Assembly: GCF_006345805.1 (NCBI RefSeq)
Contig: NC_043003.1
Span: 104,346,001 to 104,410,000 of the forward strand
Length of the DNA: 64,000 bases
Direction: 5' to 3'
DNA from: Octopus sinensis
Lineage: Eukaryota
The stretch's first letter is position 1. Each line of letters starts with the position of its first letter. Positions 28,561 through 40,994 of the stretch are shown here, in pieces. The translations under genes were made by a program, and so were the position numbers. The notes below the pieces were generated by a model. The model worked only from the letters and a program-made list of their open reading frames with translations. It searched no databases and was not told the DNA's origin.

Positions 28561-29344
28561 CTCTAAACATACAGCATAGAAGATGAAACTGTGTTTACAT
28601 AGATACATAATGAAATGAAAAAATAAAGTAATTATAATTTGCGCTGAAAAATAGGTTTTAGATGTGTGCTAGGTTGGAAAACAAAGTTACTTGTCTGAAC
28701 ATCTGATTTCCACTCTGTGTGGCAAGGTATGAAAATATGAGGTAGGGGGATCTGAATGAGTTAGTTTAAATACCATGGGGTGGAAATAAAGTGTTGGGAG
28801 AAGTGGTTAACAAAACTGAGAGAGAGGGAGAGACCAGAGTTAGTCTGGTTGAAGACAGAACATGAGGTGGAATTTTCAGGATTTAGAGTAACATTATTGA
28901 ACGAATGGGTTTAAAATATTGCCACTGCTGGTGTGAAAGAATAGTAATAATAATAATAACGAGGTAGAATTGGGTACTGCAAAACAGCAAAAACTCGGGC
29001 TGCCAGTGTGAAAGAATTGTAATAATTATAATGAGATCGATAATGGGCATTTGCATTCTTAACTAGAGGTGTAACCAACAGTTTTTGGTCAGCCAAACTG
29101 TGACAGAATTGGATAAAGGAATGAATGAATGACAATAGCAAATGAGTGGGAAAGAGAGGGAGAAAGGAGAGTTGTTTTCTCTAAACATACAGCATGAAAG
29201 ATGAAACTGTGTTTACATAGATACATAATGAAATGAAATGATAAAGTAATTATAATTTGCACTGAAAAAGAGGTTTTAGATGTGTGCTAGGTTGGAAAAC
29301 AAAGTTGCTTATCTGAACATCTTCTACTTCATGTGGTGAGGTAT
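28560..29344 (+). repeat. Pair of about 170-bp direct repeats (28560-28730 and 29178-29344)
   Basis: TCTCTAAACATACAGCAT...GTCTGAACATCT...GGTAT occurs twice, roughly 90% identical by eye. Confidence 0.9.
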
Positions 29345-29347
29345 ATA

Positions 29348-29815
29348 TCATCATCATCGTTTGACGTCCGCTTTCCATGCTAGCATGGGTTGGACGAATA
29401 ACTGAGGGCTGGCGAACCAGATGGCTGCACCAGGCTTCAATCTTGATCTGGCAATGTTTCTACAGCTGGATGGCCTTCCTAATGCCAACCACTCCGAGAG
29501 TGTAGTGGGTGGTTTTTACATGCCACTGGCACGGGGCCAGTCAGGCGGTACTGGCAACGACCCTGCTTGAATCTTTTACACATGTCACCGGCACAGGTGC
29601 CAGTAAGGTGATGCTAGTAATGATCACACTCGCATGGTGCTCTTGATACCCTACTAGCACAGAGCTCGACTGCCAGTAAGGCCACGCTAGTAACGATCAC
29701 ACTCGAACGGTGCCTTTTAATTTCCACTGGCACTGAAGCTGGTTAGCCGCTCTGTCAATGATCACATTCGTATGGTGCTCTTTGCACCCTGCTAGCATGG
29801 ACGCCGGTCATCGAA
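29348..29815 (-). mobile_element. RTE 3' UTR repeat
   Basis: Same family as 34727-35456. Further copies near 4265-4520, 15165-15345, 16088-16365, 53255-53665, 56291-56565 and 60772-61150. Confidence 0.85.
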
Positions 29816-29853
29816 TTTGATTTATATATATATATATATTATATATATATATA

Positions 29854-29904
<51 letters not shown>

Positions 29905-30049
29905 GGATGAATGAATTATCCTTTGTTTACCGTTAACATGGAAAATTCAATACACAGTCACCAGGGTAGTAAAATTCACGCAAGTAACACGGATGAAGCG
30001 ACCTATTCAAAGGTAGAAACTCCGGGTTAATGTGCAGTAATTTGTGTAG

Positions 30050-30097
<48 letters not shown>

Positions 30098-30279
30098 CAT
30101 GTCTTTGAAAAGCAAGCTTCTTACCACACAGCCACACCTGCACCTATGTTATGGTATAAATACAACAATTTGTTGTAGTTGATTTTAGAACACGTTGTAG
30201 GGGACAGTGGTCAGTTCTTGTCAATATGCCTGTTGACCTTTTCTGTCTCAAAAATGACGTTTATAATGTCTAGTAACAT

Positions 30280-30685
30280 TTACTCTTTACTCTTTTACTC
30301 TTTTACTTGTTTCAGTCATTTGACTGCGGCCATGCTGGAGCACCGCCTTTAGTCGAGCAAATCGACCCCGGGACTTATTCGTTGTAAGCCCAGTACTTAT
30401 TCTATCAGTCTCTTTTGCCGAACTGCTAAGTGACGGGGACGTAAACACACCAGCATCGGTTGTCAAGCAATGCTAGGGGGACAAACACAGACACACATAC
30501 ATATATATATATACATATATACGACAGGCTTCTTTCAGTTTCCGTCTACCAAATCCACTCACAAGGCATTGGTCGGCCCGGGGCTATGGCAGAAGACACT
30601 TGCCCAAGATGCCATGCAGTGGGCCTGAACCCGGAACCATGTGGTTGGTTAGCAAGCTACTTACCACACAGCCACTCCTGCACCT
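30280..30685 (-). mobile_element. SINE family A, full length
   Basis: Reverse complement of family A. Older copies or fragments near 999-1140, 2528-2895, 4843-5035, 14795-14960, 23370-24062 and 33975-34270. Confidence 0.9.
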
Positions 30686-31052
30686 ATTTATTTTACAATG
30701 TTTCATAATTCACTGAGTGTTTATCCTCATTTAGAAATTTGCATGGGTATCATTGTGGCTGTGTGGTTAAGAAGCTTGCTTTGCAACCAGGTAGTTTGAG
30801 GAGTGAGCTTCACCACGCATTGCAAGCGTCTCATGTCATAACCTCAGGTTGACCTCAGGTAAGTATCTTCTCGCATCAACCAAACCCTTTTTAATGTAAT
30901 TTGATAGCCAGAAAATGTGCAAACACCTATCAGAGACATTACTGCTTGTTTTATTACTTTTTAAATTTATCATTATTATTATTATTAATAATAATAATAA
31001 TAATAATCATCAATTTATTTATTATTCTGTATTTTCTTTTGAAATATTTCAG

Positions 31053-31247
31053 CGCTTGATAGTATGCTTGGAAGAAAGTCTGTACATTCACAACATTCGC
31101 GATATGAAAGTATTGCATACAATCCGAGATACACCACCCAATCCACAGGGCCTCTGTGTCTTCTCTTCCAGTAATGATAACTGCTTCCTTGCATACCCAG
31201 GCAGTAACCAGATTGGAGAGGTGCAGATCTTTGACACAATGACCTTG
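31053..31247 (+). CDS. WIPI2: WIPI2 coding exon ([35 protein letters not shown]...[11 protein letters not shown])
   Basis: tttcag|CGC acceptor, TTG|gtaagg donor, 195 nt, phase 0/0. Retains the RLIV and HNIRD arginines that correspond to the ATG16L1-binding site of WIPI2. Confidence 0.97.
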
Positions 31248-32291
31248 GTAAGGAAAAAATCAAAATTATTTCCAACTTATATGTGCCAATCTTTAGAAAC
31301 TAAACTTTATGTTTCGAGTAGTTTAACCGTTTTGTTACCATATTTTCATTGAAATCTACTGCTTCTATTTCATTTAATTTTGAAGTAATGAAGTATTTTG
31401 TAAGTTTGGGACAAAATGATGTAAAATTTTGATATAAGATTTTAATTTAAAGGGCTTAAACAGAAAGTTTTATCATAAAACCGGGAGCAGTCTCAGGTAG
31501 TTTGGTTTCTAAAGGATTAATGCTAGCTCACCGTCATTGAACCTCAGCTGTGGTGTACAGTTGTAGAGAGGACAGGATTCAAGTATTCAGAATTAGCATA
31601 AAGCCTCCTTTTGCTTGTGCCATTATCACAAAACAAAAAGTATCCAGTAATAATTGTAAAGCAGTTGGCATTAGAAAGGGCATCCAATATTAGATGCCAT
31701 GCTAGTGCAGACATTGGACCTTGATGTAGCCCTTGAGCCAATCAGATATTGTCAAACTGTCCAACCCATACCAGCTTGGAACATGGACATTAAATGATGA
31801 TGATGAATGTCCATTTCACACACTAGGGTGTGAAAGACTGTTATGAAAGGCAATAACAATGCATATAAATATTTAACACAAAGCAAAATATCTATATAAT
31901 ATTGATGAATATCAATAACAATATGCTAAATCCTTTAACTCCTTAGCATTTAATCTGGCCATATTCAGTCCAAATATTCTACCTGTTTTATATTAAAGTT
32001 GACTGGATCCAACCTCTCATACCTAACCTATAATGTCATTCTAAAAATATGCAAACACAGCACTGCCATCTTGAAGCTACAAGATAATGCATGATTAATT
32101 GAAAACAATTTGAATAAATAAACCATAAATTTGACAAAGAAATCTGAATACTAAAGGGTTAATTAATTTAGGTGTATAATTAGTTTAGAATTTTATCAGG
32201 CATACAGTAATAACATTTTTTGTAGATCTGTTACTGATTAATTCACTTTTCTTTAAAGATGGCCTGTTTATTTTTTAATTATTTTTTTCAG

Positions 32292-32384
32292 CGTGCTTTA
32301 ACTATGATCCCAGCACATGATAATCCCTTAGCAGCTTTAGTATTTAATCCACAAGGGACAAAACTGGCTACTGCTTCTGAGAAG
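32292..32384 (+). CDS. WIPI2: WIPI2 coding exon ([31 protein letters not shown])
   Basis: ttttcag| acceptor, AAG|gtttgt donor, 93 nt. Carries the PROPPIN site-1 residues AH and TASEK. Confidence 0.97.
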
Positions 32385-32509
32385 GTTTGTTCAACTTATT
32401 TAACTCTTAAAGTCCTGTTGTGCTTTCCTCATATAAATCTCCTGATCCTGTTATATGAATCAGAGTTTGATGAAATGCAGTTGACCCAGTATAAAAATAT
32501 ATACTAATG

Positions 32510-33100
32510 CATGAATCTTGGATGAGAGTAATGGGTGCTTTTTACATGCCACCAGCATGACACTGCCAAGCACAGCATGTCGTCAAAGATCTCAGTCATT
32601 TGTCATCACCTCCATTAGGCCCAACATTCGAATATCGTGCTTCACCATCTTGTCCCATGTCTTCCTGGGTCTACCTCTTCCACAGGTTCCCTCCACAGTT
32701 AGAGATCAGCACTTCTTTACACAGCTGTTCTCATCCATATGCATCACATGACCATACCAGCACAGTCGTCTCTCTTGCACATCACATCTCATGCCTCTTA
32801 TGCCCAGTTTTTCTCTCAGGGCACTTACACTCTGCCGTACATGCACACTGACATTGCACATCCAGTGACGCATACTAGCTTCATTTCTTTCTAGCCTTCG
32901 CATATCCTCTGCGGTCACAGCCCATGTTTCGATGCCATGGAGCATGGCTATTCGTGCGCAGGCATCATGCAGTCTGCCTTTCATTCTGACGTAGAGGTCC
33001 TTTGTTATCAACAGAGGTAGAAGCTCTCTGAACTTTGCCCAGCCTATTCTTATTCTGGCAGCTCTCAGAGCATCTATCTCCACTGCTGGCTTGCTCATCT
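32510..33100 (-). mobile_element. RTE LINE fragment (post-RT region)
   Basis: RIRIGWAKFRELLPLL...MLHGIETW...RRLCWYGHVMHM. Confidence 0.9.
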
Positions 33101-33307
33101 AGATAAGAGAAACTTGTATGTATGTGTGTGTGTGTGTATGTGCATGTGTGTATTATATTATATTGATAAGTTTGATAAGTGCCAATGCACAAAACTCTTG
33201 ATCCTTGAGTGATTCTATAAGTTCTACTATTTATTAATAATGAAAAATACTCATGCTTTGAGTCCCAAATATATATATATACATATTTCTTTACATCTTT
33301 CCATTAG

Positions 33308-33378
33308 GGTACTGTTATTCGTGTATTTTCTGTTCCTGATGGTCAAAAATTGTTTGAATTCCGGAGAGGAGTTAAACG
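33308..33378 (+). CDS. WIPI2: WIPI2 coding exon with the FRRG phosphoinositide-binding motif (GTVIRVFSVPDGQKLFEFRRGVK)
   Basis: cattag|GGT acceptor, CG|gtaagc donor, 71 nt. Too short to appear in the supplied ORF track; read by hand. Confidence 0.97.
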
Positions 33379-34352
33379 GTAAGCAATAACAGATTTTCAT
33401 ATTGTAATGTCTTGAAGCTCCCATCTCAGTATTTGACAATTAGCTAGTAGTACATAGCTAGTAGTACTTAGCTAGTAGTACAAAACTGTTAGACTTTTGA
33501 AAGTAATTATTATTTAAACTCTATTGTTTCTCAAACCATTGTGATTACATTTCTAACGAGCAGTTTCTAATGAGTAATTTTTACTCTAATCAACATTTTT
33601 AAGAGGTTTTAGGAAAATATTTTTTGTTTATATATTAGTATTTATTATGTATCATGTTGACCAACTGAAATCTCATTTTCATTAATGCAAAATTTTGACT
33701 GATATTAATTTACATACAAACACTTTTGTACTGGTGATCTCAGGTAATTTGGTATTCAAAAGATTAAAAGGGTTCTATTTTTAATCAACAAAAAATTAAA
33801 GAATAAAATTTTAAATGTGTTACTGTATAATTGAAACTGAAATGAAAGTTGATGTCGTTAAATAATCACACTTCACCATTTTCAGAGTTTCCCCAAATGT
33901 CATATGGGAAAATTGACCACAATTAAAAAAAAAAATCAATGTTAACCTCTATTTTACCATACTTTTGCTAAAATACATGGCACCTTGGGCAAGTGCCTTC
34001 GACTATAGCCTCAGACCAACAAAGCCTTGTGAGTGGACTTAGTAGATGGAAACTGAAAGATGCCTGTCATGTATACATATATCTGTGTGTGCCTGTCCCA
34101 CCACCACTTGGCAACCAATGTTGGGGTATTTATGTTCCTGTAACTTAGCAGTTCAGGGCAAAAGAGACCAATAGAAGTACCAGGCTTATAAAAGAAAAAA
34201 AAGTATTAGTTTGACCAAAATTCCTTAAGGCAGTGCACCAGCATGGTCACAGTGTCTAATGATTGAAACAGGATAGAAGAGAGACAGTGATGAGATGCCT
34301 CTGAGCGAGATATAAACAGTAGCAGTACAGAACCATTACATGTATTTGTGTA

Positions 34353-34628
34353 TTTGTCAACTAAGTGTGGCATCCTATACAGGTAATTTGCGAGTGGGAT
34401 GAGCTTCCATCACTAGCTGGAGATTCACACATGCTGAGGATGGATACCTACCGAAAAACTTGAGTTCTTATTTATCACGTAAGGCTAGAGATGGGAGCGA
34501 TGACCTCTCCTTGCAAATACTAATCGAACACAGAATGTGTGTCGTTAGCCAGCTGGAGGAGATGTCATCCTGGGGTTATAAACATCAGTAGCCCTGTCCT
34601 GTATAGGACACCACACTTAGTTGGCAAA
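34353..34628. mobile_element. MITE with about 31-bp TIRs flanked by TA
   Basis: TA|TTTGTCAACTAAGTGTGGCATCCTATACAGG ... CCTGTATAGGACACCACACTTAGTTGGCAAA|TA. Confidence 0.8.
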
Positions 34629-34726
34629 TATGTTACAGTTCTGTACTGCTACTGTTTATATCTTGCTCAGAGATTTAATATAACATTCTCTCTCTTCTAT
34701 ATATCTATATCTCTATATATATATAT

Positions 34727-35456
34727 GTGAAGAGGTAGACCCAGGAAGACCTGGGATGAGGTGGTGAAGCATGACCTTCAAACATTAGGCCTCACCGAGG
34801 CAATGACTAGTGACTGAGACCTTTGGAAATATGCTGTGTGTGAGAAGACCTGGCAAACCAAGTGAGGCTATAACCTTGTGGCCTCTGCCAGGGGTGTAAC
34901 CAGCCCACTTATGCATACCTTTTCTTCATTGGACACTAAACTCTGCTTGCAAAGACCTGTTGAGGCGAGTGAAATCGAAATCAGAATCAAATTCGATGAC
35001 TGGCACCCATGCTAGTGGAGCGCTAAGAGCACCATCCGAGCATGATCGTTGCCTCAACAGCTGACTGGCTTCCGTGCTGGTTGCATGTAAAAAGCACCAT
35101 TTGAGCGTGATCATTACCAGTGTCGCTTCACTGGCACGTGAAAAAACATTTGAGCGAGGTTGTTACCAGTGCCGCTGGACTGGTTCCTGTGCAGGTGGCA
35201 CGTAAAAAATACCATTTGAGCATGGCCATTGCCAGTACTGCCTAACTGGCTCTCATGCCGGTGGCACGTAAAAGCATCCTCTATATTCTCGGAGTGGTTT
35301 GGCGTTAGGAAGGGCATCCAGCTGTAGAAACACTGCCAAATAAGATTGGAGCCAGGTGCAGCCATCTGGTTCGCCAGTCCTCAGTCAAATTGTTCAACCC
35401 ATGCCAGCATGGAAAGCAGATGTTAAACAAACGAACGATGATCATGATGATGATGA
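34727..35456 (+). mobile_element. RTE LINE 3' end: ORF2 C-terminus, 3' UTR with about 60-bp subrepeats, (GAT)n tail
   Basis: RGRPRKTWDEVVK-like frame runs into the repeat ending GGAAAGCAGATGTTAAAC...GATGATGAT. This copy ties the many catcatc-initiated repeats to RTE 3' UTRs. Confidence 0.85.
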
Positions 35457-35849
35457 TATATATATATATATATATACACATACACACACACACACGTATA
35501 TACATGTGCGCGTGCACACACACGTACATACATGTATATATATTTAATCATGTTAACAGAGTTATTTAATGAGAGTTTCAACTGATCATATCAATAGGAT
35601 ATTAAAGTGCCAGGAAAAGAGCCAATATTTTATAATCCAAGGAAGAACTTCTATAGGACTGTGGCACTGACTTCAAATCAGTTCATGAGAGTAGCTTGGA
35701 AAATGGTGAACTTCATCAACCTGATTTGCACCCTTAGTTACATTTTGTGAGGTCAACATTTTGTTCCTACAACCCAATAACTTATGGCATTGTTCATTCA
35801 ATGACAACAATAATTGTTTTTATTTTATTTTTCAATTTCTTTTCTCAAG

Positions 35850-35957
35850 GTGTGTCACTATTTATTCCTTGGCATTCAGCCCAGATTCTTTGTTTTTGGC
35901 TGCTTCTAGTAACACTGAAACAGTCCATGTATTCAAATTAGAAACTATGAAAGACAA
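35850..35957 (+). CDS. WIPI2: WIPI2 coding exon ([35 protein letters not shown])
   Basis: ctcaag|G acceptor, AA|gtaagt donor, 108 nt. Contains the SSNTETVH site-2 motif. Confidence 0.97.
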
Positions 35958-38328
35958 GTAAGTTGGTGTTTTTTTTTTTGTTTTTTGTTTTTGTTGTTTT
36001 TAACATTTACATATGAAATTAAAAGAACATTATTTTATTTCTCTCTTTTTAGCTACATTTGTCAACTCTGAAATAGGAAAATATACTTTTTAAGGAAATA
36101 TTTATTTACATTTTTGAATAATCGGTCTTGATCTAGTAATGTATAAAAACAATGAAAACGTAAGACATGATTTGTGAGACTAATCACTTTCACTTATCAT
36201 CTTAAAATTAATTACTGTAAGCAATTAACTGAAGGTAGTCCCCCTCCTTGTTTAGGTCGCAGAATATGGAATTGTACAGTACAAAGTCTTTGAATTGTGT
36301 CCATGAGCAAAGAATTAATGCCTTCTCTCCCTATTTACCTAACTCATAACAGGTTGATATAGCACCTGACATGAAATATATCTCCTCCATTTAATTCACA
36401 TAAATATGAAATAGTTAGAACAGTAAAATATACTGCCCTCATTAAATTATGTTGTATCATCATCACCATCATCATTGTTTTAGCACCCACTTTTTCATGT
36501 TTGCATGAGTCAGAGAGAATTCTTTGAGGCAGATTTTCTACGGCCAGATACTTTTCCAGTTACCAGCTCTCACTTGTTTCCAAGAAAGTTAATATTTTCC
36601 TATGTCCAGGTCGGTTTTCACAGAAGATTGGAAACAATGACACTGCGACAATTGTTTACAACTGTCATTTGATGTCAAGGAAACTCAAACACACAAATGC
36701 ACTTGTTTCTTTTAGTTTCAGTCAACCAAATCCACTCATTAAGCTTTGGTTGGCCTTGAGCTATAGTAGAAGACACTTGCCCAAGACACAGCGAGACTGA
36801 AATCAAAAGGATTTGTTTGGAGTGCAGATGTTTCGTCCAACACATCACGCAGTGGGACTAAATTGAAAACCATTTGTTTGAGAAACAAATGTCTTAACTA
36901 CACAGCTCTGCCTGTACTTCCTACATGTTCCCCATGTAGAAGTAAAATGACTGGGTAGACATAATGCTGATAAGTCTAGAGCCCAGATCTACTGCAGATG
37001 TGATTAGGTGCTGAGAATGAGTACCAGTTCATCTGAGAGTATAACCTGTGATAGACAGATATTCTTTCTGGAGGAATACCACCAGCTTATCACCATGAAA
37101 TCAGTGTTAAAGTATCAATCTTTCAGAATCTGTTGACATTTCTGAAACTATATTATCTTTTTAATTACCATATTTCTGCTGAAATACAATGCTTTTATTT
37201 CATTTAATTTGAAAGTAATGAAGAATTCTGTAAAATAACTTTGTCTTTATTAACCAGGAATATAAATTAACATAAAATTTTGATGGAAGTTTTAATATAG
37301 TTTACTTTGAATCAAGAAAATTTGTATCATTGAATTAGGGGTGTCTTAGGTATCAAAGGGGTCAATATTTGTTTTAAAATATATCCTATACAACTACACA
37401 TTCTAAAACAATATATTGTGTTGAGTCAAAAGTTTTACAATATTTTGGTAATGTATATGCTTTATTCATGAAGTTACAACAAAATGACGACTCTGTTCAG
37501 AAGGCTGGAATGGATGTCATTCGATGAAGGAACACTGTACAATAAATTCATAGAACTAAGCTGTAACTTTTAAATGCTTTTACTCCAGGTCACAAATATA
37601 TACAAGTTGAATAATCATGGTAATTTTTCACAAGTGAAGGCCATGTTCAGCTCTTGTGTATTCTGCATCATAGTTACTCAATGTCAGTTAGCTGTTGCAT
37701 GCGTTATGTAAGAGTTAACAAGGTCACATCTTCACACACTGCTGTCGCGATGACAGAGAGGAAGAGCTAAGTGCCGGAACCTTAGTTACATGTGCCATCT
37801 AGTGGCAAGCTATTTAGGCAGCTACCATCAGGGGAGGTAACTGTGCCTACACAGTCTTAGACTGGATTGAAGTATTTTTCCTACTATCCCTGTGCTATAT
37901 ATATATTCAACTCGAGCTGATGTGAGCCAATAAAGAAGCCTCCATACGATCATTTGACTCTCTAGAACATCAGTCAAATCCACCTACTATCTTTAAAAAA
38001 AGCACAAAAAAATATGCCAGTAAAAAAGATTGGTTGGTAATGGTTGGAATAAACATTAAATTGATGTCAATGTAAAAAATAAATTCATAGATTATGATTC
38101 TATGTAAACAAAGATGTCCTGCACCATACTAACAGTCATAACTAAACAATTCCAAACACTCACCTAAACAGACCCTGAATTCCAGCAAAAATAACACCGA
38201 AAGCTCTCTGTACCACTATTATTTTCTTGTTGAAGTTTCATCTCCAATAACATTCTTTTCATACACAGTACAACAAGTAACTAAGCGAAATCCAACCACA
38301 AACAACACAAACAGCGCACTTTCTAACA

Positions 38329-38565
38329 TCACAGGCAGCATACAAACAATGCACCTTGCAATGTCACAAGCTGTGCATAAACAATGTGCCTCCCAAGAGG
38401 CTGCACACAAACTATGCACCTTGCAATATCATGAGTTGCACTCAAGCAGTGCATCTTTACGCCATGCATAAACTGTGTGTCTTGCAGCAAACTGTATACA
38501 GTGTACTTTGCAACATCACATCTTGTACACAGACAATATACACTTCTAACATCCCAGGCTGCTCG
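38329..38565. repeat. Degenerate minisatellite (GCACCTTGCAA-containing units)
   Basis: Recurring GCACCTTGCAA(T/C)(G/A)TCA and AAACT(A/G)TG motifs. It explains the overlapping spurious ORFs here. Confidence 0.6.
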
Positions 38566-39270
38566 AATCCCTAAACCTACAAACCATCTACACAATAAGA
38601 CAAAAATATTCAAACTGAATGATAATCTAGAGACACAATTTGTTGCTGTAGCAAGTTCCTACCAACATGATTTCTGCCACTACATGAATCACCCAAAAAA
38701 CACCCATATATAACATAACCTAATATAAAAATTACGGAGATGTACTTGCATAGCGAGTGACTTGATCTGAGATTGTGTGCTGGAACGAAAACAATTGCAG
38801 TGTGGAAGGTGTTTATAAGCCATTTAAGAAACACACAAAAACCATTAGATTCACTTCAACATTTAAATTTAATTTGTCAAAATATTTTGTCGCTTTGTGA
38901 CCGCGACCTGTTTTTGACTCACCATACACTTCGTTAATTGGTGATGAATTTCAGTTTAATGCATTTTGCATTCAAAAACCAAATAATTGCTCAAACTTCA
39001 CACTTGGTGGTAGCATCAGATACGACTGCCAAGCCAAGACTGAGCATGGCAGTGAGCTACACACAGGCACATGCACAACAAACACAGCAGTGTTGCCAAT
39101 AAATGCATGCAGTTTCCCTATATCTCCAGTGCTTTGGGGACCTTCCTTTTGGGATTACCCTCGTGTGTATATATATATATAATAATAATATTAGGAAGTA
39201 TAACTCCAAACTTACAGGGAAAAATTCAATTTAGTATTAAATCAAATTTGACAATATAAATATATAATAT

Positions 39271-39582
39271 ATAAATTAGAGAAAACCGCTATTATGTAAT
39301 TCAAACAATGATAGACGTAAATCATAGCATATAGAAAAAAGTATAGTGACTATACTTTTAAATTGAATTGTTTTTGGATCGATTAAATTTAAATTTAATT
39401 GCAATTCAAATTGAAGATATAGCCATGAAACGTACATAGTCTATTAATTATATACTGTTTATTATCATGTACTTTTTGTTATCTAGGTAAAATTTTTTAT
39501 CATATATTTTATTTTTTCTGTATGGTATGATTTATGTCTATCATTGTTTGAATTACATAATAGTGGTTTTCCTCTAATTTAT
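39271..39582. mobile_element. AT-rich MITE-like element with about 70-bp inverted ends
   Basis: 39271-39340 is the reverse complement of about 39512-39582, with several mismatches. Confidence 0.65.
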
Positions 39583-39610
39583 ATACATATATATTACATA
39601 CATATATATA

Positions 39611-40612
39611 CAGGGTGTGGTGACTAAACTGTTGTGTAAATTATGCAGAATTGAAAATAACACTGTCATCTCATTTTAACAGATATATTTACCAAAAATA
39701 TTCCAAAAGTTTAGTTTGTAGAATGTATTCTTATAGAGAGTCATACTGATATTTGTGTGTACATGTTCATGTGTCAAAGACATGTGAACATATATGCATA
39801 AGTGCATACGCACCTAATTACATAAAAATATGTTGAAATACTAAGGAGTAATTTATTCAATAAAATCACCATTGGCTTCAACCACAGCCTCCAGACAACT
39901 TAGGAATCTCCTGCAACTCTTTTTGGTGGTCTCCTTGTTTAAGTTATTGAATGCTGCCATAATCCTTGCCTTTAGTTCATCTTTGGTATTACAAGGAGTT
40001 TTGTTGGTGTCTTGCTCAACTGCACCCCACACATAATAATCAAGCGGGGTTGTAGTCTGGGAAGTTAGATGGCTAGATGTTAGGGGTGGTGTGGTTGCAG
40101 AAATTGTCTGACGGCCATGACTGGGTTCTCCTGCTTGTGTGGCATGGTGCAGAGTCCTGTTGTCAGATGCAGGTTTTCCAGCAGCCACCCTCTTGGCCCA
40201 GGGCAGCACTACTTCCTCCAGACACATGATGTAGGCCACAGTTTTGAGTCTGAGGCCGTGTGGGAAGATGAATGGAGGCATAACTTTGACATCACTAGTG
40301 ATCACTTCAAACACTATGAAGTTGATCGCATGTTTGATTTTTATCACTCTTGGTACATGTCCTCAGACTGCACTGTCCTCAGAATGACACCCAAACACTC
40401 TGAAATGTTCATATTGGAGTTTCCAGCACAAATGCCAAACAGTACAGCATGTTGTTTCCAAATTTCTAGCAGAGTGAATTGCATCATGGTGCTGTTTTTC
40501 TCTCAGACTGTGCCCAACTGACCCTACTATAGTTTGTAGTTGACAAAATCAAAAACAAACAATGCACACACACGAAAGTAAAAATATAAAATGGCAACAG
40601 TTTACACATTGC

Positions 40613-40617
<5 letters not shown>
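39611..40617 (-). mobile_element. maT/DD37D-type Tc1/mariner remnant
   Basis: ORF 39853-40347 contains VMPPFIFPHGLRL and PLDYYVWGAVE...NGDFIE. Imperfect TIRs CAGGGTGTGGTGACTAAACTGTTG and CAACAGTTTACACATTGCACCCTA within TA runs. Confidence 0.75.
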
Positions 40618-40654
<37 letters not shown>

Positions 40655-40994
40655 GCTTATTTTGAGTATATATATTCAAATATGAATTACAAGCAGCATG
40701 AGTGGTGTAAACATTATTTAACACATATAGACAATGTATGTGCTTTGCCTTTTGCTGGTCAGCTGCAATTTGACTCAAGGAAGATTACTCTCTCATACCA
40801 CCAGGTGTTAGAACACCTAAAAGTCATAGTCATAGACAGGTGAGATAACTCACACCAAGTCCCATCCAGGCACAATGGGTATTGATGCAGCCATTTCACA
40901 GAGTAATCTCCATCACATCAAATCGCAGCCAACCGTCAAACAAAGCACCTACATTGTATACATGTCTTCAATCATGTTTACAGCACTTGTACTG

